From contig JYFJ02000570.1 in the NCBI GenBank assembly GCA_000934665.2, positions 1 to 64,000 on the forward strand: a stretch of DNA of 64,000 bases. The letters are read 5' to 3'. Below the pieces are notes generated by a model that was given only the letters and a program-made list of their open reading frames with translations, did no database searches and was not told where the DNA came from. The DNA comes from Catajapyx aquilonaris (Eukaryota). This document shows positions 26,401 through 39,959 of this stretch, piece by piece. The position numbers were made by a program, and so were the translations under genes. How positions within the stretch are numbered: the stretch's first letter is position 1; every line of letters begins with the position of its first letter.

Positions 26401-29400
26401 TGATGTATAAAAAGTTTGCAGTTGGCAGAAAATTAGGTGCTATTATTGGAATTCATATGACATGCTTATCCTGTGTCCCCAAGCTCGCAATTAACAGCCA
26501 TGTCAAAAGCATGAGCAAGAACAAGAGGCCAATTCTCGAAACCAATTCATCCGTGGAGTTGTCCATGAACTCAACGGGCCAATGGGGTTCATTCAGGCTT
26601 TCGATACGGCTATTTTTTTCTATGCAGCTTGGGAACTGTAGGTTAGATCAGGCACATGAGGCAAGCAATCTTTCACTGACAAAGTAAAGGAATAGTAGGC
26701 GAGCTGACAATGAAAGACCTGGGGGGGGCAGCCTAAGCCAAATAATTTCCTGAACACTTGTAACACCCTGAAATTACATGAGTATGCAGATTATTATTAG
26801 TGCATGAATTCTCTGGCACTACGGAATAATTATCATAAAATTAACGCAGTCATGAAAAATTCAATGACATGTAGCAATGGTCCCATTCTTTCAATAGCAA
26901 GTCATCCTGTCACACAACACAATATCGAATGAATTAACAGTCCGTAAATGACATTATGAAAATCAGCTTTGTAATATCCAGAAATAGCAGGACCTACATC
27001 ACATATTGTGGGACTCCATTCATTTTTTTCTTAATGTAATAGAAATCAAGGGTTTTTTTTGCACATGATTCTTCATCTATTGTACACTTGGGGTTTCCTT
27101 GGTCTTTTTCCAGGACAGGGAGAACTGATGTAATGGGTGATGTAACAGGAGAGGATTTGTGCCAATATGGCCTGGGAGAAAAGGTAGAGGAAAACTAACA
27201 TGGCAGAGAAAATTAAGAAATTAACCTGAATTTTCAATCCTGCTGCAGTCTGCCTTGCCCTAGCAGCTGCTGAGTCCCATAAGTACAAATGAACATCAGG
27301 AGCCCAGAACACGCAGTGGGTCTGACAGGAAATATGGGAATTGACATGTCACAATATATATTGGGAGCACATAAGAAAAATTCAGGTACACCATGTTATT
27401 GATATTGTGGCATCTTTCATCCCTCCCCAGAAAAAAGGACAAGAAAAATGCCTCCTTTGATGTTACAATAGAAAAATAGAAGAAAAAATTAAATCCAGAA
27501 ACATGTGATATATAGGTCCTGACTTTCCTGAACATTTCAAAGCTACTTTGAATATAACGGAATTGACAGAAAACGACCTCACCTTGAATGACATAGTAAT
27601 GAAATCCATACTCCATAGGAAAAAAATTACGGGTGTACCCTGGACTATCCCACAACAGCATTTATTGTGCCTAATATCTATTGTGATAACAAGGTGTTTG
27701 AAAAAATTTCCACCTCTTCACATACAAAGCTATTGTGTTTCTTAATGTGAATATTGTCCCACAATTATTGTCATAATCTAGTGTAATGATGACATGAATT
27801 TTCTTGTACCCTGTTCTCCTGTTGCACTGAAGAGTATGATTATACAACAATCAGAAGTGGTGTAATACTCTAAAGTGGATGTTAACTTGCATTGATAATA
27901 ATATACTTGTAGACCACCAAAAGAAACAAAGCTTCACGGTTTTCCTGCTGCTTTTCCTGACTTTTCCCCAGTGATATTCTAACTAATCTTTTACTGTGTG
28001 GTTGAGGGTTACAGTAGCAAGAGTGTGTCCTCCACAGTTAAGTGGCCTACACATATGTTGTTTTAACATTAGTTTTAGTCTTAGTCTTAAGGATATGCCA
28101 ACCTGTGCTATCCGCTCCATCCTTTATCCAGGAGCAGCCGGCTATAATTGACACAGACTTGACTAAAACTAGAACCAGTATTATACGCACAAGTGCATAG
28201 ACCTCTTTACAAATTCTGCTGCTCCAAGCAGGGAAGTGTTTGCCTACTTCTGAATACTAACAAGTAAGTGCAAGTGAATTTAATTCAATATGAAGTAATG
28301 GTCACAGCATATTAAGAAAAAAACCAGGAGAATAATTACAATGTACTAAGATCAAAAACTTTCAACATGACCACGTACAATTTCTAACACATTCTCAAAG
28401 TTGAAAGCTAAAGGACCATTTTTATGAAAATTATTTTAATTTATCTAGCAATGGTAGATAATATATGACTTTTCGAGTTACCTCTTGCCCAATAAAACTG
28501 AAATTAATGTATCGACACTTATGGTTTGCCAATAAATTAGTCCATTGACTGCGTAGCCTACTATTTAACCTGCATAACCAGCATAATCATTGAATTCAAT
28601 AAACAAAAATGCCAACGCTAAAAATTCGAAGTCACCTACCATTGTCATCAAAGTTTAAAATAAAATTTCTTCAATGTTGCTAGTGCCTCATGTGGTGATC
28701 TTAAATTAGGGAAAGTAACAAACATGCCAATTATTACCAGATGGAATTTTCACTTTTCATGTCAGAATCAATAGCACAAAACTGAGTCTCACTTTCCCAT
28801 CTAGGTATATAGTCTGGTGACCCGGGGTAGCTTGCCCCCTGGGGTAACTGGTTGTTTACTGCTATCCTTTTACATATGCTGCCATGGTGATTACCCCCGG
28901 GATAGCTTACCCAGGGTCATCAGACTAGGGGCCCTAACCTTGATGAACAACCTCCGCAAAGTATTGTTGTAATTCATGGCAAAACCAGTCTTGGAAAGGC
29001 TCTTTCAGAACTTATTGGTCAATTAATTCTACACTCTGCTTATGCACACACGACCACTTCTGCATGTAAACATAAGCACTGCCAAGTACAGCACTCATTG
29101 ATTAGAAAGGGATTGACACATAGAATCCTTGATGTCCACAAACATAAGATAGCAGTTTATGAACTATTGCTTTGTATTCTATCCTATGCAATAAAATGCA
29201 TACATTTAAAAGTTGTCAGTACATCAAAAAAACTTCCTTTCTTTACTTTCTGTCACTGTGATAAATCTCAAACAGGTTATAACTTTTTGAAAACGAATTT
29301 TAGACAAGACCATCACTGCTATTGAACATACAAAAGCAACATGTCTTGAGTTTCAATTTTAACAAACTTTGGAACATGCAACAGTACAATAACTGCTTGC

Positions 29401-30134
29401 AAAGTTGCAACATCAGGGGTCACGGTGCAATAGCAGCAGCTCTTATCAACAGGCTAAACCCGATACATGCCCATATGATAGCTTCAATGAATGAAAGGGC
29501 ATCTATAAATGAAAACAAATGGCATCAAAATGAACAGTGACCACCTGCCAGTGGGTGGTGCATGTGCCATATGTCTCTTATGCACATGATCTTCGACACT
29601 ACAGCAGTGCCTCAGAGCAGCGTGCCAATCAGCCACAAATGCATCACTCTGCATGATAACGTAAGAGGCTTGCTCCGGTTGCAACGAGGCAAATGGGGTC
29701 AGTTAACTAGTGCAGTGCAACGGCCTGTGTGTTTATCTCATGTGCTTTTTGTCATTGGTTTTGTGAGTCACAATGCATGTGGTAGCATGATCAAGTTTTA
29801 CCTCCTCCCCTTACCCTTCTCCTCCTTCACCGGGGCACAGTGTTCGCCGGACGGCCCATCCCAAGAGCAACCTTTGACCCCCGAAACAGACCCATTTGAA
29901 GACGCCGGCTGTGGCTGCGGGGACTTTGACACCGGTGGCAATGGCGGAGTCTCCTTGGAGCCCTCTTTCTTGAGACTAGGATCGGCCCCTGGGTTGTCAT
30001 CCCTAGTTCCGTCACCCCCCATGGTAGTGCTCTGTGGGGCTGCCACTGGGGCTGCCAAAGGTGCTGCAGCCTGCTGACTTGCGTGCTTGGCCTCTTCGCC
30101 TCCTTCCATAGCATGCATTTTGTCTACACGGGCC
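20377..30134 (-). CDS. Gene B: C-terminal MYND-type zinc-finger protein with LxxLL motifs and a predicted coiled coil; exons 30134(or ATG 30118)-29815, 25234-24084, 23180-22668, 22608-22537, 22468-22259, 20418-20377
   Basis: All junctions are GT-AG and phase-consistent (1,0,0,0,0). The spliced C-terminus CQGC-x8-CAGC-x5-CSRDC-x7-H-x3-C (…QVAAWDEHSEVCSG*) fits the MYND consensus. 763 aa from ATG 30118. The orthologue is not recognised. Confidence 0.85.
24084..25234 (-). CDS. Gene B large internal exon (acidic tract, helical/coiled-coil segment RLQKEIRTLGAMARLKEREWNNIIRLKKVKEE, IGEGRQGPIVDVRSIIADYR motif)
   Basis: 407-aa ORF bounded by ctcttacag| (25235-25236) and AAG|gtgagc (24084). Confidence 0.85.
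28810..28927. mobile_element. Short palindromic MITE-like element (~118 bp)
   Basis: Imperfect ~40-bp terminal inverted repeats (tagtctggtgacccggggtagc... / ...gcttacccagggtcatcagacta) with TA at both ends. Only one copy in the window. Confidence 0.5.
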
Positions 30135-30749
30135 CTGCGAATGCAACGGAAAGGTCAGCCTCCATCAACCAATCTGCAACCAAACAAGCCCTCAGGCAAC
30201 ACCAGTACGTGTAGAGTACTGTACCCCCACCCCCATATGCAATCAGGAGAGTGCAGTGTCTTGCAGGCCAACTTCCCCGACCTTCCACTCTGCACCAAGT
30301 CAAAAAGTGGGTCACGTGTCAGCGGCCTGCCGGGCATGCGGGTGGGGGTGGTGGGAGGTACGGTGAGGGGGATGACGTCGATGCACTCTGAAGACCGCAA
30401 GGGGCAATCACCACTCCCATCCCCCTCCCATGCCCTGTACCAATACGGTATCGTATTTTGCACATCGAACAGTACGGTATGTCGGTCAAGGAGTGTGAAA
30501 GGAGGAAGCTGTACCAGGGCAGTGAAGGGCACCCAACCATGTACTTGAGGTCATCCTTCGTAATGTGTTACCTTCCCATCCGCGGGCTCCGTTGCGGGAC
30601 AGACCCCGCACTTTCACACACCCAAGCCACTGTATCACCCGTACGCAGCAACACACAGTACTCCGCAACAGTCCTCCACCTTCTGCTTCCTCCGTTCCAC
30701 TTTTTCTTACAATAGCCTCCTCTCTTTTGCTCTCTCCCTCCACCCCCGC

Positions 30750-31360
30750 CTACCCTCCTCTGCCTTTCCCAAAGCTGCCCAACCGCCGCAGTGAGGTCAT
30801 GTGAAGACGTCTGTGGACCAATCAGCGAGCGAAGCGCCGATGTGACCTTAGTGTCCCCTTCGCCAGCTGCGCCGACTGATCCACCAATGGGGAAGCCGGA
30901 GCAGGGGTGAATAGACGCTGACTGCAGGAGGGGGATGGGAAGGGGGGGAGAGCTGGCGGTGGAGGGTAGGCGTCGCGACGCATCCACCCCTACCCTCCAA
31001 CCACCCACCCACCCACATGAGAGGTCATTGGCTGGATAACAGCCCTGACCCGTGGGTCAATAACCCCACCCGACGTCCTATTTCCAGCCCTGCCAAAGCG
31101 GACGTTGAACCCAGTGTTGGAAATACGGTACCTGCTACCGGGCATTAAATTGACCTAATTTCATAACTGGTCATATTGTCGTAGGTCATGACCTGACCAC
31201 CTGTCCACATTCCTGGGGCACGGGAGGATCGAGGGGGGAAAAAAATAACAGCGGCCTGTACAGGTCGTTATCTCCGGCACTAAAAAAAACCGGGGCTGCT
31301 TGCACTCCGAATCGAGGGCGCGTACCACTTCCTCAAGCCGGAAGTGGAAGATCGGAGTGG
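30750..31360 (-). promoter_or_regulatory. Putative internal/alternative promoter for gene B
   Basis: GC/CpG-rich region with CCAAT boxes (30818, 30884, ATTGG 31027), ETS site CCGGAAGT (31338-31345) and AGGTCA-type elements (31151-31194). Confidence 0.4.
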
Positions 31361-34300
31361 TGGCTACGCCTCTTTTTTTGGGCCTCATTAACTCTGGGCG
31401 GAGGTTAAATGGAATGACACGAATTGGAAACAGTGACCTTTCCGCACCGTGTATTTTGCATCGTACGTCTGTTGGGAAAAAAAGGGACAGTAAATATACC
31501 GGTAGGCCTATGCGTCTTCACCGAGGTTTCTGACCTAACCTAATTTCACTCGAGTTGCTCGTTAGCCTCCTTCACACTCTCGGTATGTAAAAATCCCAGA
31601 CATTGCCTGGAATTAAATGGTGACCGGAATTTCTCGTCTATTATGTATAGCATTCGTGACTAACAATACCAAAAAGTCAAGGTTGCGCAGTGTCTTTTGT
31701 TTTGTCCTGAATATGTCGTAGCGTGTTCTATGTCAAAGCTATTATACTCGTGGGCATGTCCCGAGGCGATCATTGTCAATCGATCTTCAAGGACTAAAGC
31801 CTACGTTGTGCTGTGTGAATGACGTAGGTTGATACGGTAACTGTACGGAAATTCAAACGTCCCGCAAGTACGATCCGACGCGTAGTTCCCTCTCAACTAG
31901 GTGGCACCACCGGTCAGACCATGCTCTGATGAACCTAGCTGATGAGGCAAACAATGGTGCTGAAACATGATTGCACTCATGACCCTGAGGTTTGCATGTT
32001 GGGACCTCGACATGTGCACTTACAATGTCCCCCATAGTAATAATTACGATTTAAAATTTAAAGACATCCGTTGCCAAATGATACGGGGTCACTATCCTAT
32101 ATGTAACGGTGGCCACCTTCGAGGGAGTGCTATATTTAGGTGCCCCGTTAGGACACGTGTGTGCTTGGTGTGTGTGCCGTGTGTCAGCCAGCAAGTACGT
32201 TAACAGCATGGCACGCACCACAAATACAATATCTAGATAGGCAGTCCGTATTTGTCCAGCCTGAATATTGAATAGAGTCATGTGCATTGTTTGTGGTGGA
32301 GATTGAAGAAAGACCTATTTTGCGACTTGTAATATCGTAAAAGTGGAGGTTACGAAGCGAGATAAACCGGCAACAAGAGAGCGACAACCTTGCCTATATG
32401 TGTTGTTGAACCCTTGTGCTCCTATCGAGACGGTTCAACGACATGAGATGTTGGAACCGGAAGTGGTTATGTGCACCGATATATAGGTGTATTGGTCGTG
32501 ACGTTGAGGATGACAATGGACGGGGAGAGTTACTTTCTATTCCATCCCAAATGCTGAGAGGTGATTCTCGTTGTTTTTTTCCTACATGAGCTTTTTTAGG
32601 CAAAATTTCACTTGGGCAAAAACCACTTTACAAAATTCTAAGCAACATATGGACATACGGATTAGTCGATTTGTACACAAACAATTACACAAACCATTGC
32701 CTATAATAATGTTTACTGCAATTGAGTCTGTTTCGACGACCAGGTCTGCATATTTAAGGCGTATCATCACATAAGTTCTTATCAGTTTCCTGCTTTATAA
32801 AAACAGTGGGCTACTCATAAGCCTATTTCCGTTCCCAATGCAAGGGGAAGAAGTTGGAAGGAGGAGATAAAAATAAATATTAATAGCACACTTATGATAT
32901 CTATAAGTACACCCTGCTGGCCTGTATTTGGACGGCTAATGATGGACAGGTCGCACATGTGTTTTATAGCGCATTTTAAAAAGCAATTGACAATACAGCA
33001 CTTTACTCTATAACTACAATTAGGTATTTCCTTTAAACAGTTCATATATGCATGCCTATTGTAAGAAAATTAATAAATCCATAATTAGTTTATGTGGTGT
33101 AGTCAGGTGTAAAAGAACCTGAGCCAGTTTCCGTTCAGCTTGCCTGACGACGACTTGGAAGAGAAAGTTATTTGACTATGGTTATTTGGCAAACTGCACG
33201 TTTCATGATTACACTGTCTGATATACGTGCAGTCTCTCTACAAATTATTCCGACGTAAGTAATGATGTATCCTGCATCAAACATTACTCACTAGGTGGAT
33301 ATTAAGTTTTCTAGAAATTATCCAAAAAAGCACGTATTTTTCAGTTGATTTGAACCTACTCGTGTTTCACGACAACTTTCATCCATATAGCTTGCATCGC
33401 ATGATTAGCAATAGAAGTTGCCCTATACGTTTTGCTGACACAAAAATCATAATCAGTGTCTCATAATTAATAGAAGACCTAAAGCGTGTATAGACTTACA
33501 TGAACTCGAGCAGGTTTTGTGTCTCTGCTGACGAGATACTATCGTGTTGCAGTGTCAAGTGACATGCGGATCATGATCATGCAAGGATCTCGGAAACAAA
33601 AGGATTGCCGACCTCCACTAATAAATGTGCCATGGTGTTACAAAACAAATGAGCAACAAAAGTGGGGATTGATGGTACAAAAATATGTGAATAAATTGTC
33701 AATGCTGCATTATGGGACACAAGTGAAGGGAAAATATGCCTACGGGACGGCAGTTCCTGGATACAGCAGGAAAGAGACAAGATCATTATTGATGCCTATG
33801 TGACCGATGTTACAGTAGTAGTGCCCTTTCCACTGAAGTAATGCAAAAATTATATTACACATGTTAACACAATTATTTGAGAGAACGGTCTAATATGGAG
33901 ATGAAACATTAGCATCAGGCCGGCCTTTATGTTCCTAAACACGTGTCAGACAATGTAATTTTTCTTTGCTAAAATACGCAGTTGGTTACTAACTGTAACT
34001 TGCAAATCCTTTGTTAGGCTATACTCCCAGATGTGGTTAAGAAACTACACGTCACAAAAACTCAACCCGTCATATTTAAACAAACGAGCCATCCAGGCGC
34101 AACACGAGCGGATGATACTTCACCAGCCGTAAATCCAATGTGGAAGTGCCGCAATACACACGCCAAACACGTAAAACGACAGTAGTTATCGAGCTCATTA
34201 AGCAAAAGTTCTAACCCAATACAACCTAACCTTGTAAAGTCTTGCTATAGACGTAGGTCAACCAGAGGGCAATTTACTGCACGTGACGTAGGTCACCCAT

Positions 34301-35026
34301 TAGTGTTGCATCAGGATTGTTTTCCCACGTTACCTGATGAGATCACATGCTTCTTAGTGGGTTTGCTGAATAATAATGATGCAATAAGCTACATATGGCT
34401 GGATATGGGCTCACAATGCATGCCCATATCTTCTTCCTATAGGGTAGACTTCCCGTCAGACAAGAAATGCTCCAGTTACCCGCTAGGTGACTCACTCAAC
34501 CTGCATGAGACCTGCCCTATTGAATTTACGGATATTGCTTATATTTGCTGGACACTGATTAGTGATTAATTATCATATTGTACTGTATAGTATGCTATCG
34601 GCATCGTAGAACCAAGAAGCAGGAGGAAAATCCATGGGGATCTCAGCACATATGCGTCAATGAGAATAATTGTCCATATGGGCATTTTTATTAATGGCAG
34701 CAATTAACGCATCTTGCAATGAGCGGTATGCAATGAGTTTTACGACCATTAAATCCGATGATGCTGCAGTTTCAAGCATGATTATCTCTCCGTGTGGAAA
34801 TATTTACGGATTTTCTCTCAGAACGGCTTTCAAGTTGAAGCCCTGACGTCATACTTCCTGCGTCAATCTTTACTATAGAAACTGCTATGTAGTTCCTAGA
34901 CTTTCTCAGATGCTGTCTAGCTGAAAAATTGTTGCCTGGGATATGATAATGGGGGCGTGGATGGATTACATAGACAAAGTGGGGGTGGACGTAATCATTT
35001 TAAAATGTAACTACTGCGACGCTAGT

Positions 35027-35970
35027 GTATTCATCCAGCTGTGCAGCAAATACATCGCAGATTGGCAGAGCAATCCTAGAGAAGAATAAGGTCCATTATT
35101 TTATAGTGTCGATTTTCTATACTGCGTCAAAGCCTGTAGTATGAGGCAATAATGACGCAATATGCACAGCAGATATACGTTTTACGTTAGTGCAGCTTTT
35201 ATAGAAGCCAGAGGCATGTGCAACATTTAGTGAATAATTCCTCGACATTGTTTGATAAATACATTTTTGCTGCCGAAATCCAAATTAATATCACTACCGT
35301 CCATAGCTGGAAATAACTTTAAAATCTATTAGGCAAGACTATACATATGATACTTTTAAATACAGTTTTTTTGTGTAGCCTGTCACCGAATTCTGGGTCT
35401 GCAGGAGCCAGTGTATGCACAATGCCCTTGGATGAACAGAGTTGCACTGATTCACTGTAACATACACTCATACATGTGTTTATACAGTACAGCTTGCATT
35501 ATCAAGATCGCGTGTTCCCTACGTATGACGTCAATAGTCACAAACCGCAGTAGTGTGAAAGCTCTCCAACTTTGCTATCATGCTCATGATAAATTGATAA
35601 CTACAACATGTTATTTTCAATAAAATGCCTTGGCAAAGTGGCTGAGATCATGAGCCCTTTAAGCCTTCACAGTACATCCTGCTGGTTAATTGTACGGTAT
35701 TGTAGCTGTCGCTATATGTGGGATACCTATGAATTCTGACAGACTGTCCCATGATAAAGACAGCTACAATCCACCGGCCTACAGGCCATTATGGGCTCGA
35801 TTCCGGTCATCAACAGATCGACACCTAAGGATTATATTGTCGTATGTTCCAGAAAGGTGGACATACGACAATATAATCCTTAGGCGTCGAGATAGCATAT
35901 ACTGTAGCACAAGAGTATTCATCCAGCTGGGCAGAAAATGCATCGTAGATTGGCAGAGCAATCCAGGAGA
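35027..35970 (+). repeat. Pair of ~55-bp direct repeats (35027-35082 and 35915-35970)
   Basis: gtattcatccagctgtgcagcaaatacatcgcagattggcagagcaatcc versus gtattcatccagctgggcagaaaatgcatcgtagattggcagagcaatcc. Confidence 0.8.
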
Positions 35971-38900
35971 ATAGTATAATGGTATACTATTCTCTTGGCT
36001 ATACAAAGGCCATCAGGTGCAAGTGTATACAAGAAAACCTGCTGTATTCTGAAAGCATTGTGTTATAAGTTATTTCCCCCATTATATTAGTTCAAGAGCA
36101 GCATATTGGATGAGGAAAACTGCAGCGTGGGTATTGTTGAAAAATATATCATTGCGATGCAGGAAAAAGCAAACTCGCATTAATTTATTAGGACAAGGGA
36201 TCCTAATGTAGCACCTTGCACATATTATCTACTCAATAATTGCCTTACACACTGGTGATTTGCTACATGTTTCGTTAAGAAAAATGCTGCCGTACTCTAA
36301 AAAAAATTGCGGACCAGACATAGCATGCATGTGTATATAGATTGAATTTATTCAGGATGACCTTGCTATGTTAATAGGCATGCCATTGAGAAATGAATAG
36401 CTGCAATTTATTCTGAAGGCTAATGTAGAATGATAGTATTACCAGTCTGAGAAAACCCTATTTACACGATGAAATATTAATTCCGGAAGTCAAACCTGCA
36501 GGCTATTGCTATAAAAAATAATATCTATCAGGCTTCAGTGACGACAAAAGAGGCAGTCGAGAGCTTCGCCATACTATGTAATACGATGTTAGGGTTTTCC
36601 CAGAAAAATGCTCCCGTTCTCTCAAATTTAGGGTAATTTCAAATTTTCCAGACGAAAACGTGTACTTTATTTTGGCAATTCAGCTCTCTTACGGCGGCAG
36701 TCGTACATTACTTTTCGTTTTGAGACACCCACGTAAATGGTAAATAATACCCTGCGGGTCAGACGACTCCGATAATACTGGTGGTTGAGGCATGTCAGCA
36801 TACGATGTTTCGTACCCGATGAAATAAAAATTATATGCGATTATCCTCATAATGGTGCCATAATCGCCAAAAAATAAACAAAAATGGCGCGTTGAAAATT
36901 TGTAAGGAACCTATAGATAAATCCAAGATGAAGGACGAACCTTTTAGAACACTGCTGTGTATATAGTTCCTGCAACAGTTGTGTTTCAATTGAAGTGCCA
37001 CTTCAATTAGCAATTTGCCTGCGTATAGATCAGTTGGGACAGAAGTACAGTACAGTATATTTCCTATACTCACATCCATGGAGTAGCCTGCTGGGATGAT
37101 AATTATACTGTATGATATTTCCCACAACGACATTGTCATTCTGATGGTGATATATATGATGGGTAAACACTACATCAGCATTTGAACGCATTAAGGTGAC
37201 ATTTTAAACACTACACTTTAAAAAGTGAAGCTGGATCTGACGGGTATATGAAGGTCACGGTTGAAAAAGCTGGGCCATAAAAAAAAGCGTCAAAGGGTAC
37301 TGTACAGTGTACAGGCTCTTGAAACTGATCCAAGGGTCGTTGTTGGGCTGTTTTTTAAACGGCAACATGATATGGGTTTCATTGTAATTCATGATCGGGT
37401 CTGACTTTTTTTACTCCATGCTTTCACGTGCTGTAACTTTAGAGTACGGTACTGGATTTTACAGGCAGCTTTTATGTCTTATCCGTTCTCCCAAATGCTG
37501 AACTCCGGCTGTGGGTTATCAAAACGTGAATAATTTTAATGGGACACAAAAGCGGTTGAAGGTGCTTGCCACGTAGGACTGTGTAATATCTATAGATTTT
37601 CTGTACCGCCTTATTGCAATGCCAAACTCTGGTGCTGACACTCTGCAGGTTAATACAGTCGAATAGCCATACTCAATTGAAATTGATAATCTTAATCTGA
37701 ACTAAAAATTGCTAGTCCTCCCTCTAAAAGTAAATATTTAAAAACAGAAACTCTCACAGCAGGACTACAGATGCGCCTGAAGCTTATCTAATATAAGGAA
37801 TTTTTACGATATACATCCAGTATAACTAAACCAATAAACTTCCACTTAGGATAAATTCCTGGCCACTATAGGGGATCATAAGTCAGGGTCTATTTTATCT
37901 ACTTCATATTGTCAATGACAGCAAAATGACACTTCTACACATGATGCCATCCACAAGAGCTCAGAAACACCCTAGAATTTGGCTGGTCTATTTATTAGTA
38001 ACAATTCAAAGTTTGGTCAATAGGTGGATAAAATGTGCCCGGGGCCCCTCGTGAGTGTTACATAATTAACGTGGGAACCGACCCGTGGAACCAAAATATT
38101 TCAAAAGATCAATTGGATAAAGTTAATGAGTTTAACAATAACGAATGTTAATGTTGCTTTAAAATATTTATTAGATATAGCCAAGTCATTCAGGTACTTT
38201 CACCCTGACTTATCCGATCGACGCACCTTTGTGCGTTTGTCATATTCTCCAGGGAAAGTGCCACAAAAGCATTGCCTCGACCCGATGCTTTTATGACTCC
38301 TCGGAAGGCCTTTTAACCACAGTAAGTACAATACTGGCAGCGATGCTTTTAGCCCTATTCACCATTGTGTTTTCCATAGTCCCTCCGGTCAGGTAATATA
38401 CCGGTATGGGACCACAGACCTTTTCTATATACCACTTGATACTCAGCAAACAGAAGGGAAAGTGCAGGGTTCTGTAACATAATGCGACAGGTCCAGGGGT
38501 CAACCCTAAGTGGTGACCCACTGCACTTGCCCTTTCTCCTGATACCATCGCGGCTACCCCTTTCAGGCATTTACTCCTTCGGGCAATGTCATACCTTGCT
38601 CTCGTGATTTCAAGGGGAAGATAATCATGGCCATTACACATGGTGGCCGTGAAAAATCAATGCAGTTTCAACATTAATTATTTACTATCTTGATTTAACG
38701 CGCGTGTAGTTTTCCTAGCTGTCGGGGAAATACAGGTAACACGCACCTGCCGACGTATTGTGACATTTCCCGTCACTTTCAAGTTTGTGCTCTGTCGAAA
38801 CATGGTCTGAGCTTACGAATGTATATAGCAATCTACAAAACATTTAAGAATACAATTTATATTCACTCTGCTACCAGTATGAAGCGTCGCAGTGACTGAA

Positions 38901-39959
38901 AATTGCAATCAACTGAAAGCACTTGAATGTACAGATTTCCGTTCCACATAAACCACTGACCTGGTTCAAACCTCGAATCAATGCCATACTATTTGTAGCA
39001 ACTCTCAGATATTTTGCAACCACATGTCCTATACGTATATCGACCTACATGGAAGAATCTAATTCTATTGAAACCAAGTACTTCCCCTTTCTGTTTTGCT
39101 TGCCGTCATAGTCATACATCTGATACCATCCCTGTTCAATCTACTTCACCACGAGGTAAAGTACACAGAACCAAAATTGAAAACGTCTTTTTATAAATGG
39201 ATATTCGAAAGTCTGATAGCTATTTCACCAATATGGATTTAGGTGGAAATATTGTAAACAAAGTCTTTCAATCAAACTTTGTCACATATAAGGTCATTTT
39301 CCATTCGTCAATTAGTGCTTTGTTGCGGCGAAGTTCAGAAATGGCTTTCACAATTCCCAACAGATGATTTTTAATACTCCAATCATCTGCTGACCCATAG
39401 TTTAAAAAAAATAAACAATGCATTCCACCGATCAACCCTGACCTTGCTGTCTACGAGACCTTGTCTTAAATGCTCCATATATGCCTTTGGCGAATACCTA
39501 CTGGTTACGCACACACCATGAAGATGCACGTCCGATACGTCATGTCGCAACTGTACAATGTTATGTAACTGGTATGCCACGACGATGACGCCAAATCTGT
39601 CCACGGTACAGTACTATCTAACAAAAATAACCTGCCTTACTACGCATTTCTAAGCTCGTTTAATTATGACTCAAATGGTAGCAAAAACGTATTGTACCGG
39701 TACTTGTAATGAACATCTCAATCCCTGCTGTGAGAGACGGCCGTAAAGCGACGCCTCCTTGGGTGGCAACTAGGTATAAATTCACGGCCTTCCACTTCTA
39801 GTGGCAGGCCCATGACCTTAGGGTCAACTCCAGTATATCTGTACACGCCATAACATCCCGGCAAGTACGTGACTAGTATTGTTTCGACCAGAAATTGGTG
39901 CTGACGTCACATTGATCATTGTTGACATTGTGACGTCACTACCATTCTCTGGTTGTGGT

